A stretch of 64,000 bases of DNA from Candidatus Multivoradales bacterium (GTDB lineage Bacteria; Acidobacteriota; Thermoanaerobaculia; Multivoradales; JAHEKO01): assembly GCA_965223855.1 (NCBI GenBank), contig CBDCXM010000008.1:480001-544000 (forward strand). Reading direction: 5' to 3'. The translations under genes and the position numbers were made by a program. Below are positions 49,798 through 58,934 of the stretch, in pieces (position 1 is the first letter of the stretch; each line of letters begins with the position of its first letter). The notes below the pieces were generated by a model. The model saw only the letters and a list, made by a program, of their open reading frames with translations, did no database searches and was not told where the DNA came from.

Positions 49798-50139
49798 TCA
49801 GCGACGGCCGCGCAGCAGGACGCCGACGAAGAAGCCGATCCCGGCTGCGATCAGCACCGACTTGCCCGGGTTGTCGCGCACGTACTCGTTGACGTCCTCG
49901 ACCAGCTTCTCTGTGTCCTTGTGGACACGGTCGTAGCCGTGCTTCAGGTTGTCGACGGCAACGCCGTACTTCTCCTTGGCGAACTCTCCGGCACGCTCCG
50001 CCGATTCGCGCACCTGGGCGCCGCCCTGGCGTGCCTTCTCCGCAACCTCACCGAACTTCTCGCGTGCCTGCTCGAGCTTCGCCTTGCCGGCGCTGACGGC
50101 CTCGGCGACCTCTTCCTTGACTTCTGCCTTCTTTGCCAT
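49798..50139 (-). CDS. DUF883 (ElaB/YqjD-like) membrane-anchored protein
   Basis: YVRDNPGKSVLIAAGIGFFVGVLLRGRR; GGAGG RBS. Confidence 0.88.
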   Translation of the reverse strand: MAKKAEVKEEVAEAVSAGKAKLEQAREKFGEVAEKARQGGAQVRESAERAGEFAKEKYGVAVDNLKHGYDRVHKDTEKLVEDVNEYVRDNPGKSVLIAAGIGFFVGVLLRGRR

Positions 50140-50223
50140 GATTCCTCCAACTCGGCCCTCATCCGGGACCGGTAATCAATGTACAACATCCCCTGAAAGC
50201 ACGCTACAATCTCCGCTCTCCGT

Positions 50224-50299
50224 GGGGCAGTAGCTCAGCTGGGAGAGCACCACGTTCGCAACGTGGGGGTCGGGGGTTCAAGTCCCCTCTGCTCCACCA
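50224..50299 (+). tRNA. tRNA-Ala (anticodon CGC)
   Basis: 76-nt cloverleaf GGGGCAG...CTGCTCCACCA with G3:U70 Ala determinant; anticodon arm ccacg-ttCGCaa-cgtgg; TACAAT upstream. Confidence 0.97.
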
Positions 50300-50307
50300 T
50301 TCTCGTT

Positions 50308-51684
50308 TTGGTACCCCTCGAAGATCCCTGGCTGCCGATCGCGGCGCTCCTCGTCGGAGGAGTGGTCGGATGGGCTCTCACGGCCCTGGCACTCTCGAGG
50401 CGCAGTCATCGCAGGACGCTCGACACCGCCGAGCGCCTGGCCAGCGCGGAGACCCTGGCGCACACCGAGAAGGACCGCCGCCTGCAGGCCGAAGCGGAGC
50501 TGCTGGCGACCGAGGAGCGCCTCGCGACGGTCGATCGCGACCTCGCCGTCGCCCGCGAGCGCGCCGAGGGTGCGGGGCGACTGTTCGAAGAGCAACGCAG
50601 CTTCGTCGAAGGCTCCCGCAAACAGCTCGAGGACGCCTTCGGGTCGCTGGCGGCAGCCGCACTCCAGGGGAGCTCGGAGCAGTTCCTGGCGCTGGCCGAA
50701 CAGCGTCTCGACAAGGAACGCTCGGCGGCGCGCGCCGAACTCGACGAGCGCAAACAGGCGGTCGAGGGGCTCGTGACACCGCTGCGCGAATCGCTCGAGC
50801 GGCTCGATCGGCGCACCGGTGAGCTCGAGAAGAACCGCGCCGCCGATCATTCGCGCCTCGGTGAGCAGGTCGAGCAGCTCGCCCGCACGACCGCCAACCT
50901 GAGGGACGAGACGCTCTCGCTGACCACAGCGCTGAGGGGCACCGAAGTCGGCGGCCGCTGGGGCGAGCTCGCCCTGCGCCGGGTCGCCGAGATCGCCGGG
51001 ATGACCGCGCACTGCGATTTCCAGGAACAGTTGACCCTCGCCGACGGGGCGCGCCCGGACATGGTCGTCCACCTGCCGGAGGGGCGACGCATCGCGGTCG
51101 ATGCCAAAGCACCGCTCAACGCCTTTCTCGACGCCTCGCGAGCCCGCAAGCGCCCGGAGCGCCGGGAGGCGCTGGAGCGCTACTCGAAGGCGCTGCGCGG
51201 TCACGTCCGTCAGCTCGCGTCACGTGACTACGCGGCGGCGCTCGGCGCCGACACCGACTTCGTCGTCCTCTTCCTGCCGGCGGACGCGTTCCTCGGCGCC
51301 GCTTTCCGCAGCGATCCCGACCTCCAGGTCGATGCGCTGCGCTCCAAGGTGCTGCTGGCGACGCCGACCACCCTGGTGGCGCTGCTGCGAACGGTCGCCA
51401 TCTACTGGCAGCAGCGATCGATGGCGGACAACGCGGAGGCGATCGCCGAGGTGGCGAGGGAGCTCTACGCGCGGGCGGCCAAGTTCAGCGAGGATCTCGG
51501 CTCGATCGGCCGCGGCCTGACGGCGGCGCTCGACGCCTACGACCGGGCGGTCGGCTCCTTCGACCGTCGCCTGATGCCGATGGGCCAGAGGCTCGACGAG
51601 CTCAAGGTGTCGGACGGGACTCGTCGCGACCTGGACGCGCCCGAGATCGTCGGTCGCAAGCCACGGCGGATCGAGAGCGAGTAG
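50308..51684 (+). CDS. rmuC: DNA recombination protein RmuC
   Basis: N-terminal TM, coiled coil, GRWGELALRR, RPDMVVHLP, VDAKAPL, FVVLFLP, TPTTLVALL; first start after the tRNA is TTG 50308. Confidence 0.92.
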   Translation: MVPLEDPWLPIAALLVGGVVGWALTALALSRRSHRRTLDTAERLASAETLAHTEKDRRLQAEAELLATEERLATVDRDLAVARERAEGAGRLFEEQRSFVEGSRKQLEDAFGSLAAAALQGSSEQFLALAEQRLDKERSAARAELDERKQAVEGLVTPLRESLERLDRRTGELEKNRAADHSRLGEQVEQLARTTANLRDETLSLTTALRGTEVGGRWGELALRRVAEIAGMTAHCDFQEQLTLADGARPDMVVHLPEGRRIAVDAKAPLNAFLDASRARKRPERREALERYSKALRGHVRQLASRDYAAALGADTDFVVLFLPADAFLGAAFRSDPDLQVDALRSKVLLATPTTLVALLRTVAIYWQQRSMADNAEAIAEVARELYARAAKFSEDLGSIGRGLTAALDAYDRAVGSFDRRLMPMGQRLDELKVSDGTRRDLDAPEIVGRKPRRIESE

Positions 51685-51714
51685 CTCTCGCTCGACGGCC
51701 CTCTCGGAACCGGC

Positions 51715-52383
51715 CTACTGGTCGTCCGCCGTCGCGCCGATCATCGGGACGAAGCGCACCGGCACGATGTCGCGACGCACCAGCTCGCCCTCCTGCGTCT
51801 TGACCAGCAGCTCGAGCTTCTGAATCGAGCCGGATCCTACCGGGACCACCATTCGCCCTCCCGGAGCGAGCTGGGTGACGAGAGTGACGGGAACCGAGCG
51901 CGGCGCCGCGGTGACGATCACGGCGTCGAACGGCGCCTCCTCCGGCCACCCGGCATAGCCGTTGCCGATCCGGACATGGACGTTGGTGTAGCCGAGATCT
52001 TCGAGCAGACGGCCCGCCTCGCTGCCGAGCTCTTCGCGGATCTCGATCGTGTAGACCTCCCCCGCCAGCTCGGCCAGCACCGCAGCCTGGTAGCCGGAAC
52101 CGGTGCCGATCTCGAGCACCCTCTCGTCACCGGCGAGATCGAGCAGCTCCGTCATCAGAGCGACGATGTAGGGCTGCGAGATCGTCTGGCCGTCTCCGAT
52201 CGGCAGCGGCGAATCAACGTAGGCGTCAGCAGCGAGTCGATCGGGGACGAAGCGGTGCCTCGGCACCGACTCCATCGCCGCCAGCACCCGAGAGTCTTCG
52301 ACCCCGCGCGCCGCGATCTGCCGATCGACCATCTCCTGGCGCCGCTCCAGGAAGGGGTCGTCGGAAGAAAGGGATTGACTCAT
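51715..52383 (-). CDS. pcm: Protein-L-isoaspartate O-methyltransferase (start may extend to about 52467 with a signal-like segment)
   Basis: VPRHRF, GQTISQPYIVA, VLEIGTGSGYQAA, APFDAVIVTAA, VRFVPM. Confidence 0.94.
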   Translation of the reverse strand: MSQSLSSDDPFLERRQEMVDRQIAARGVEDSRVLAAMESVPRHRFVPDRLAADAYVDSPLPIGDGQTISQPYIVALMTELLDLAGDERVLEIGTGSGYQAAVLAELAGEVYTIEIREELGSEAGRLLEDLGYTNVHVRIGNGYAGWPEEAPFDAVIVTAAPRSVPVTLVTQLAPGGRMVVPVGSGSIQKLELLVKTQEGELVRRDIVPVRFVPMIGATADDQ

Positions 52384-52682
52384 CACGGCTCCGGGCTCGA
52401 CCCAGAGGGCGACGGCGGCAGCAACGGCGCCGAGCCGCCACCGATCGCGCCGTCCGGCGTCCTCCAACGCGGACGCCTGCGAGGCGCTTCGGGGCGCGAC
52501 TCGCCTGCGGCTACCGCGGCGCCCGCTGACGTTGCACTTCATCACTGGGACTCGGCCTCCATTGTGACAACCGGGAGAAGCAAATGCCAAGCCAGAGCCG
52601 CCTGCCGGCCCCGGGCGATGCCGCCGATACCGTCAGGGAGTAGACTCCTTCCTTCGCCCTCACGACCCTACCCCTCATCGAC

Positions 52683-54092
52683 ATGACAGATCACGAGACT
52701 CCACCCGGGAGCGGCCTCTGGGCCGACATCCGCGCCGCCATCCTGGGCTCCCGGCAGGACTTCACGACGGGACCGATCGGCCGTGCCGTGCTCGTGTTGT
52801 CGATCCCGATGATGCTCGAGATGGTCGGTCAGTCGATCTTCGGCATCGTCGACGCGTACTTCGTCGGCCGGCTGGGCGAGGCGCCGCTAGCCGGCGTGGC
52901 CTTGACGGAATCGCTGCTCTACCTCGTTTTCGCCGTCGCCCTCGGACTCGCGATGGCGACGACCGCCTTCGTGGCGCGGCGGATCGGCGAGCAGGACGCC
53001 GAACGCGCCTCTCGCGGCGCGTTCCAGGCGCTCGTGCTCGGGCTGCTGTGCTCCCTGCCGTTCGCACTGATCGGCATCTTCTTCGCACCCCAGCTACTCT
53101 CGCTTCTCGGCGCGGAGCCAGAGACGATCGAGGCCGGCACCGGCTATGCGCAGATCGTGCTCGGCGGCAGCTCCACGGTCTTCTTCCTGTTCCTGATCAA
53201 CGCGATCTTCCGTGGGGCGGGCGACGCCACCCTGGCGATGAAGGCGCTGTGGATCGCCAACCTGCTCAACATCGCCCTCGACCCGATCCTGATCTTCGGC
53301 TGGGGGCCGATACCCGCTCTCGGAGTCACCGGCGCCGGAGTCGCCACCACGGTGGCTCGGGCGGTCGGTGTCGCCTATCAGCTGCGGCTGCTGTCGAAGG
53401 GTGTCGGGCGCCTGCACATCGCCCGCGACGCCGTCGGCCTCGACCGCGAGATTCAGCGCCGGCTCCTCAGGGTCGCCGGCCCCGGCATGCTGCAGTTCCT
53501 CGTCGGCACCTGCAGCTGGCTCGCGATCGTCCGCATCATCGCCGTCTACGGCACCGCAGCGCTCGCCGGCTATGTCGTCGCAGTGCGGATCCTCGTCTTC
53601 GCCCTGATGCCCTCCTGGGGCATGGCCAACGCCGCCGCCACCCTGGTCGGGCAGAACCTGGGCGCGTCAAAGCCCGAGCGAGCCGAGCGATCGGTGTGGC
53701 TGACCGCCGCCGCGAACTCGATCTTCCTCGGCGCCGTAGCGGTGATCCTCGTCGCCTTCGCTCAGCACCTGGTCGCACCCTTCTCGAACTCCGAAGAGGT
53801 GCTGCGCTTCGGCGCCGACTGCCTCCGTATCGTCAGCTACAGCTACGTCTTCTTCGGCGTCGGCATGGTGGCGATTCAGGCCTTCAACGGCGCCGGAGAC
53901 ACGACGACGCCGACCTGGATCAACTTCCTCTGCTACTGGGTCCTGCAACTGCCGCTCGCCTGGTACCTCGCCGAGCCCCTCGAGTGGGGCGCGCACGGCG
54001 TCTTCTGGGCGATCACCGCCACCCAGGGGGCGATCGCCGTCGTCGGAGCGCTCTGGTTCCGACGCGGGAGCTGGAAGGAACGGACGGTCTAG
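52683..54092 (+). CDS. MATE family efflux transporter
   Basis: VDAYFVGRLG, IFRGAGDA, NIALDPILIFG, VGQNLGA, FNGAGDT. Confidence 0.93.
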   Translation: MTDHETPPGSGLWADIRAAILGSRQDFTTGPIGRAVLVLSIPMMLEMVGQSIFGIVDAYFVGRLGEAPLAGVALTESLLYLVFAVALGLAMATTAFVARRIGEQDAERASRGAFQALVLGLLCSLPFALIGIFFAPQLLSLLGAEPETIEAGTGYAQIVLGGSSTVFFLFLINAIFRGAGDATLAMKALWIANLLNIALDPILIFGWGPIPALGVTGAGVATTVARAVGVAYQLRLLSKGVGRLHIARDAVGLDREIQRRLLRVAGPGMLQFLVGTCSWLAIVRIIAVYGTAALAGYVVAVRILVFALMPSWGMANAAATLVGQNLGASKPERAERSVWLTAAANSIFLGAVAVILVAFAQHLVAPFSNSEEVLRFGADCLRIVSYSYVFFGVGMVAIQAFNGAGDTTTPTWINFLCYWVLQLPLAWYLAEPLEWGAHGVFWAITATQGAIAVVGALWFRRGSWKERTV

Positions 54093-54116
54093 CCCGTCTG
54101 CCTCACGCCTCGGCGC

Positions 54117-54836
54117 TCAGTCGACCGTGAAGGTTTGCAGCTCGACCGGCACCGGAGCGCCGTCGAGCGCGAACAGCAGGTCGGGGGCCGCGGCGCCGCA
54201 GCCGGAGCCCGCCTGCCACGAGAGGCAACCGGTACCGAAGCCGTCACCGGGGTTCTCCCACAGGAACTCGGCTCCCGTCTGCGTCGAACGCTCGCTCCAC
54301 AGCCACTGGCCGCCGACCGCCCTGTCCATCTGCACCCTGACCGACAGCCAGTAGTCACCCGGGGCGAGCTGGCACAGCGTCGGCAGGAAGATCTCGAAGC
54401 TCCCGGCGCCGTCGTCCGTGAAGTCGACCCCGGACTCGAGGCCGAGGTAACTGCAGGCCGCCGGCTCCGCCGGGAGCCCGCCGAGATCGCTGAAGAACTC
54501 CACATCGACGAGCGGTGCCGGACCGGGGCCGTTGAGATAGCTGCCGAGGACGCGCACTCCCCCGACATTCCAACCCTCGTCGGCCGCCGGAACGGAGAAA
54601 TCGTCCGCCGCGCGGCAGTCGAAGGCTGCATCGACCGGCTCGAAGATCTGGCTGGAAAAGCCGACCCCCGCCGGGTCGTCGGTCTGGTCGTAGAGGGTGC
54701 CGCCGAGGCTGGAACTCGCAGCGACCTCGGCCTCGAGTTCGGGCTCCGCCCTCAGGTCCGCCGTCGGCTGAGCCTCGGCGGCCGTGACCGCCACGAGGAA
54801 GGGCACCGCGGCTATCGCGATTCGTACCTTGGTCAT
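54117..54836 (-). CDS. Secreted hypothetical protein ending in PVPVELQTFTVD
   Basis: Signal peptide (AAEA-QP); LYDQ..AADDF..LAPGDYWLSV beta domain; GGGAG RBS before ATG 54836. Confidence 0.8.
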   Translation of the reverse strand: MTKVRIAIAAVPFLVAVTAAEAQPTADLRAEPELEAEVAASSSLGGTLYDQTDDPAGVGFSSQIFEPVDAAFDCRAADDFSVPAADEGWNVGGVRVLGSYLNGPGPAPLVDVEFFSDLGGLPAEPAACSYLGLESGVDFTDDGAGSFEIFLPTLCQLAPGDYWLSVRVQMDRAVGGQWLWSERSTQTGAEFLWENPGDGFGTGCLSWQAGSGCGAAAPDLLFALDGAPVPVELQTFTVD

Positions 54837-54856
54837 CTGCGCTTTCTCCCGTCGAA

Positions 54857-57073
54857 CTACGGAATCGTGTTGCTCCAGGCCGAGGTGTCTCCCGATTCGA
54901 AGCCGTCCTCGAAGATCGTCGACGGTTCGAGCTCGAGCAGCGAGACGTCGTCGACGAACGCGTCGACCGCGAGGCCGGCCGGCGACCGCAGCGTCACCGA
55001 ACACAAGGCCGAGGAGGTCGTCGGCGGCGTCGTGAGCTCACCTGCGAACGGCGTCCACACTCCCGACGTCGAGATGGTGTCGAAGAACGCCTGCGTCGGC
55101 AGGCTCGTGCCCGTGCAGTCGTCGGAGGAGAAGAAGTCGCACGCCCTCAGCACCTCGACCGTGCCGCCGGTGGTGTCGAGATTGACCGAACCGCTGAACT
55201 CGTACACGCCGTTCGAGCCGATCGGCACGCACTGGCCGATCGACAGATCGCCCGCGCCCGAGTCGATCTCGAACGCCGCCGATCCCGAGACGAGCGCGTC
55301 GTCGATGTCGGTCAGCGGGTCGTGGGTGATCGACGAGCCGAACTCGACGACCGGCACCCACGGCCCCAGATCGCAGTCGAAGTGGCCGCGGGCCAGGCGA
55401 TCGTTGGCATCGACGCGGAACTGACGCACGAAGTCGTCGCCGCCGATGAAGTCGCCGTCGCCGTCGAGCTCGTTGCCGGCCTCGTCGAGAAGGCCGCCGG
55501 GACCGCTGCAGGCGAGGACGCGGTACGGCCCGTCGATCAGCCCGTCCGGCTCGTCGAACAGGACGGTGGCCAGCAGGTCGGCCGCCTCGTAGTCGACCGT
55601 GTCGATCGGGATCAGCACGTCGTCGCCGACCGCCGGTCCGCAGGCGGTGGTCGACAGGTCGAGATCGGGCCCCGCGCCGACGATCTGCCACGAGGCAGGA
55701 TCGAGCACCGAGGCGACGTCCATCTCCTCGGAGAAGACGAAGCGGGCTCCGACCGTCTTGCGGAAGACGTTCTCGCATTCCTCCAGCGTGCCGTCACCGC
55801 TGAGCTTGATGCTGTCGATGTTGGCGATCGTCGGCGACAGCAGGTCGTTGATCGGGGTCGTGTCGCTGGCCATCGCCTCGACCGGCACGCCTCCGGTGCC
55901 GGCCCCGTCGTCCGCCATCGCCGCGTCGTTCGTGACGAGGTCCGGCGCATCCTGCGGCGGCACGACCTCGACCGCGAAGATCACGGTGTCGATCGTCTGT
56001 GCGGCGAGCAGGCCGTAGGTGAACTGACAGGGGGTCCCCTCGGGATCGCCGTCAGCACAGCTCCAACCGGCGGTCGAAGCTCCCGCATCGAACGTCGTGC
56101 CGGCCGGCACCGTCTCGTCGATCACCACCCCACTGGCATCCTGCAGTCCGGTGTTTTCGAGCGTCAGGGTGTACGGGATCGTCGTGCCCGGATCGAAGGC
56201 TCCGCCGCCGTCGTCCTTCGTCAGGGTGAAGGCGGGATCGGCGTCGATCGGGATGTCGGCCTGGGTCGTGTCGAAGAGCGGCGTCTTCGGCGACGAGATC
56301 TGCGCGGTGTTCGTGAACACCTCGAGGCCGGCGGCGACGGTCGCATCGACCACCGCCTCGTACAGCACCGTGACGGATCCCCCACCGCCCGGGACGGTGG
56401 TGACGGTGATGTCCACAGTGTTGCCGCCGCTGTTGTCGACTGCGCCTGAAGCGCCCCCTCCGAGGATCACCGAGATCGACCCGAGGTCGAGTGTCATCCC
56501 GGCGGGCAGCGCGTCGTTCACGTTGACGCTTACGTCGTCGCCGTTGCCGGTGTTGGAGAGGCTCACGGCATAGCTCAGCCGCTCGCCCGGATCGGCATCG
56601 CCGTCGTTGTTGCCGGCGCTGTCATCGACCGTCATCGTGGCACCGGCGAGATTCGGTGCGGCCAGCACGCTCGTCACGGTCGGATCCTCGTCGCCACCGA
56701 CATCGGGGTCGTCGCTGAGCAGTCCTCCCGCGAGATCGGGACTCGCCAGCGTCGCCTGCGAGGCCACCTCGGTGACGCTGTTGGGGAACGGGTTGTTGAC
56801 GGTGGCGGAGAAGAAGACCCGCAGAGTCTTGCCTTGCGGCAGAACCGGGATGGTGAAGGCGTTCGTCACCGGCCCTTCCGGAGCGTCGCCGCCCTTGCCG
56901 AGGCTCGGCCGATCGAATGCGCTGCCGGAGAGCTCTGCAGTTCCGGACGAAGACTCGCTCCGGACCTTCTGCCCAGCTTCCCGAGCCGCCGCCGCACTCG
57001 AGCCGACGGCCACGAGCAGGACGAGCCAGCTCGCCGGGTTCTTCCACCAGTCTCTTGCTCTGGATCCCATCAT
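54857..57073 (-). CDS. Secreted DUF11-repeat/Ig-like protein with DGFESGD C-terminal tail
   Basis: Signal peptide; DUF11 motifs (PGERLSYAVSLSNTG..DALPAGMT; PGTTIPYTLTLENTG..DETVPAGTTF); Big_5-like FSEEMD region; ends IFEDGFESGDTSAWSNTIP. Confidence 0.85.
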   Translation of the reverse strand: MMGSRARDWWKNPASWLVLLVAVGSSAAAAREAGQKVRSESSSGTAELSGSAFDRPSLGKGGDAPEGPVTNAFTIPVLPQGKTLRVFFSATVNNPFPNSVTEVASQATLASPDLAGGLLSDDPDVGGDEDPTVTSVLAAPNLAGATMTVDDSAGNNDGDADPGERLSYAVSLSNTGNGDDVSVNVNDALPAGMTLDLGSISVILGGGASGAVDNSGGNTVDITVTTVPGGGGSVTVLYEAVVDATVAAGLEVFTNTAQISSPKTPLFDTTQADIPIDADPAFTLTKDDGGGAFDPGTTIPYTLTLENTGLQDASGVVIDETVPAGTTFDAGASTAGWSCADGDPEGTPCQFTYGLLAAQTIDTVIFAVEVVPPQDAPDLVTNDAAMADDGAGTGGVPVEAMASDTTPINDLLSPTIANIDSIKLSGDGTLEECENVFRKTVGARFVFSEEMDVASVLDPASWQIVGAGPDLDLSTTACGPAVGDDVLIPIDTVDYEAADLLATVLFDEPDGLIDGPYRVLACSGPGGLLDEAGNELDGDGDFIGGDDFVRQFRVDANDRLARGHFDCDLGPWVPVVEFGSSITHDPLTDIDDALVSGSAAFEIDSGAGDLSIGQCVPIGSNGVYEFSGSVNLDTTGGTVEVLRACDFFSSDDCTGTSLPTQAFFDTISTSGVWTPFAGELTTPPTTSSALCSVTLRSPAGLAVDAFVDDVSLLELEPSTIFEDGFESGDTSAWSNTIP

Positions 57074-57080
57074 CGCCCGC

Positions 57081-57380
57081 CTATGTGAAGACTGCCTCGT
57101 ACTTCATCCCGTGCTCGTCGGGGCCGATCGGCACCAGGAACAGCTCCATCGTGCCGGTCGCCTCCCCTTCCACGCGGTAGGTCTGCTGGAGCGGCTCCGC
57201 AGTCTGCGGCCCACGCAGCACGACCGAGAACGGCATGCGTCCGTTCGGGCCCCGCGTCTCTCCCATCGGCGCCACCTCGACCACCTCGGCGTCGAAGCTC
57301 GTCTCGTCACCCTCGACACGCACCCTGCGGCCGACCAGCGGCTTCAGAGCTTCCATCTCGACCGTACCGACGTCGATCAT
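57081..57380 (-). CDS. DUF6916-like protein
   Basis: PFSVVLRGP..LQQTY...ELFLVPIG...YEAVF; ATG 57380 overlaps the GNAT stop. Confidence 0.8.
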   Translation of the reverse strand: MIDVGTVEMEALKPLVGRRVRVEGDETSFDAEVVEVAPMGETRGPNGRMPFSVVLRGPQTAEPLQQTYRVEGEATGTMELFLVPIGPDEHGMKYEAVFT

Positions 57381-57862
57381 GCGCCAGCCTCCGCCACCAC
57401 AGCGGGCGCCCACTCCATCAGCCAGTAGACTCCCTGATCCTCGACCCGGCTGAAGCCGAGGCGTTCGTAGAGTCGCATCGCCGGGTTGTTCTGCTCGACG
57501 TGAATCCGCACCTTCTTGCCGTTCCCGGCCGCCTCGTCGAGCACGTCCCGCATCAGCCGCCGGCCCAGACCCGCTCCGCGCTTCTCGGGTACCAGGGCGA
57601 TATCGATCACCCGGTGCTCGTCGTCGCGACGATCGAGATAGAGCCTGCCGATCGGTGTGCCGTCTTCGAGCACGAGGTCGAAGCTCGCGTCGGGGAATTG
57701 CTCCTGGTAGAAGCGATGCTGCGCTTCGAACTGCTGCAGGAGGAAAGCCTGCTTCTCCTCGTCCGACCACGGCACGACCGCCACCTCTTCCGCGCGAGTC
57801 GAAGCATAGAGCTCGCGCAGGAAGGGTCGGTCTGCCTCAGTGATCGGGCGGAACGTCAGCAT
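57377..57862 (-). CDS. GNAT family N-acetyltransferase
   Basis: FLRELYASTR, DIALVPEKRGAGLG, NNPAMRLYERLGF. Confidence 0.93.
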   Translation of the reverse strand: MLTFRPITEADRPFLRELYASTRAEEVAVVPWSDEEKQAFLLQQFEAQHRFYQEQFPDASFDLVLEDGTPIGRLYLDRRDDEHRVIDIALVPEKRGAGLGRRLMRDVLDEAAGNGKKVRIHVEQNNPAMRLYERLGFSRVEDQGVYWLMEWAPAVVAEAGA

Positions 57863-57878
57863 GGAGCGGTCGCAGTCC

Positions 57879-58394
57879 TCAGCTTCGTGACGGATAGAGC
57901 CCGACGAGGGCGATGATGAAGGTCAGCACCAGGAACGGCTGCAGGTTGTTGTGAGCCTGGCCTCCCCCCTGGGCGACGAGAGAATTGCCCTTCATCGCCT
58001 GGAGGTTGTTCGCCGCGGCGTAGATGCCGTTGTCGCCGCCCGTGTAGTTGTTCTGAGGGTCGTTGTCTTCGCCCTCGTTCTCGTTGTTGCCGACCAGGGT
58101 GTGAGTGTGGTTCGGCATCTGCGCTTCGGTGAGGGTCACCGTCTCGACACCGCCCCTCTGACCGAGCCGGCGCGAGGTCAAACCGGGACCGCGGCCGGGA
58201 TGCATCGGCGCTCGCCCCTGGAGGTTCGGTAGCGCCGTGGTCGTCCGGCCGTCACCACCGTAGGTGGTGCCGATCAGCGAGAAGAGCGCCGTGTTCTGGG
58301 AGATCGGCAGCAGCTGTCCGTCACAGAACGCCCAGCCCCTGGGAGCGAAGTTGCCGGCGAAGATCCTGATCTCTGCAATGAAGGGTTCCGACAT
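57879..58394 (-). CDS. Phage tail-collar domain protein (microcystin-dependent protein-like), paralogue 3
   Basis: EIRIFAGNFAPRGWAFCDGQLL..LFSLIGTTYGGDG..LPNLQGR; HTH; HNNLQP..YPSR. Confidence 0.92.
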   Translation of the reverse strand: MSEPFIAEIRIFAGNFAPRGWAFCDGQLLPISQNTALFSLIGTTYGGDGRTTTALPNLQGRAPMHPGRGPGLTSRRLGQRGGVETVTLTEAQMPNHTHTLVGNNENEGEDNDPQNNYTGGDNGIYAAANNLQAMKGNSLVAQGGGQAHNNLQPFLVLTFIIALVGLYPSRS

Positions 58395-58403
58395 GGCTGT
58401 CTC

Positions 58404-58925
58404 CTAGTGGCGCGACGGGTAGATCCCGAAGAGCGCGATGATGAAGTTGATGCAGAGAAAGGGCATCAGGTTGGTATGGGACTGGCTGCCGCCGACATTC
58501 GTCACCGCCGAGGATGCGTAGTTGACGGTGCCGTCGTCCACGTTGTCGATGTAGATGTCGGGCTGCGACTGTGCGAGCAGCGCACCGGAAGGGCTGGCGG
58601 CGTTGGCCGTCGCCGTGGTCCCCTGCCACTGGTGGCGGTGAGACGGCAGCTGGTTGACGGTGACCGTCTCCTTCTCGCTGCCGAGCTTGGCGCCGAGACG
58701 CCGCGCGCTCAGACCTGGCCCTGTACCGGCATGGATCGGGAGGCGACCCCGCAAATCGGGCAGGCCGAAGGTCGTCCGTCCGTCGCCACCGTAGATCGTG
58801 CCGAGCAGGCTGAAGAGAGCATCGTTCTGGGAAACCGCCAGCAACTGGCCGTCGCAGAAGGCCCAGCCCCGCGGCGCGAAGTTGCCGGCGAACATTCTGA
58901 TTTCACCAACGAAGGGTTCTGACAT
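58404..58925 (-). CDS. Phage tail-collar domain protein, paralogue 2
   Basis: Same collar motif; HRH; HTNLMP..YPSR. Confidence 0.92.
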   Translation of the reverse strand: MSEPFVGEIRMFAGNFAPRGWAFCDGQLLAVSQNDALFSLLGTIYGGDGRTTFGLPDLRGRLPIHAGTGPGLSARRLGAKLGSEKETVTVNQLPSHRHQWQGTTATANAASPSGALLAQSQPDIYIDNVDDGTVNYASSAVTNVGGSQSHTNLMPFLCINFIIALFGIYPSRH

Positions 58926-58934
58926 CGGTCTCTC

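Noticed and set aside
50224-50299. tRNA-anchored genomic island
   Set aside because: No adjacent integrase and no duplicated tRNA 3' end seen in the window.
50263-50307. ORF-track start of rmuC at 50263
   Set aside because: It lies inside the tRNA-Ala gene; TTG 50308 is preferred.
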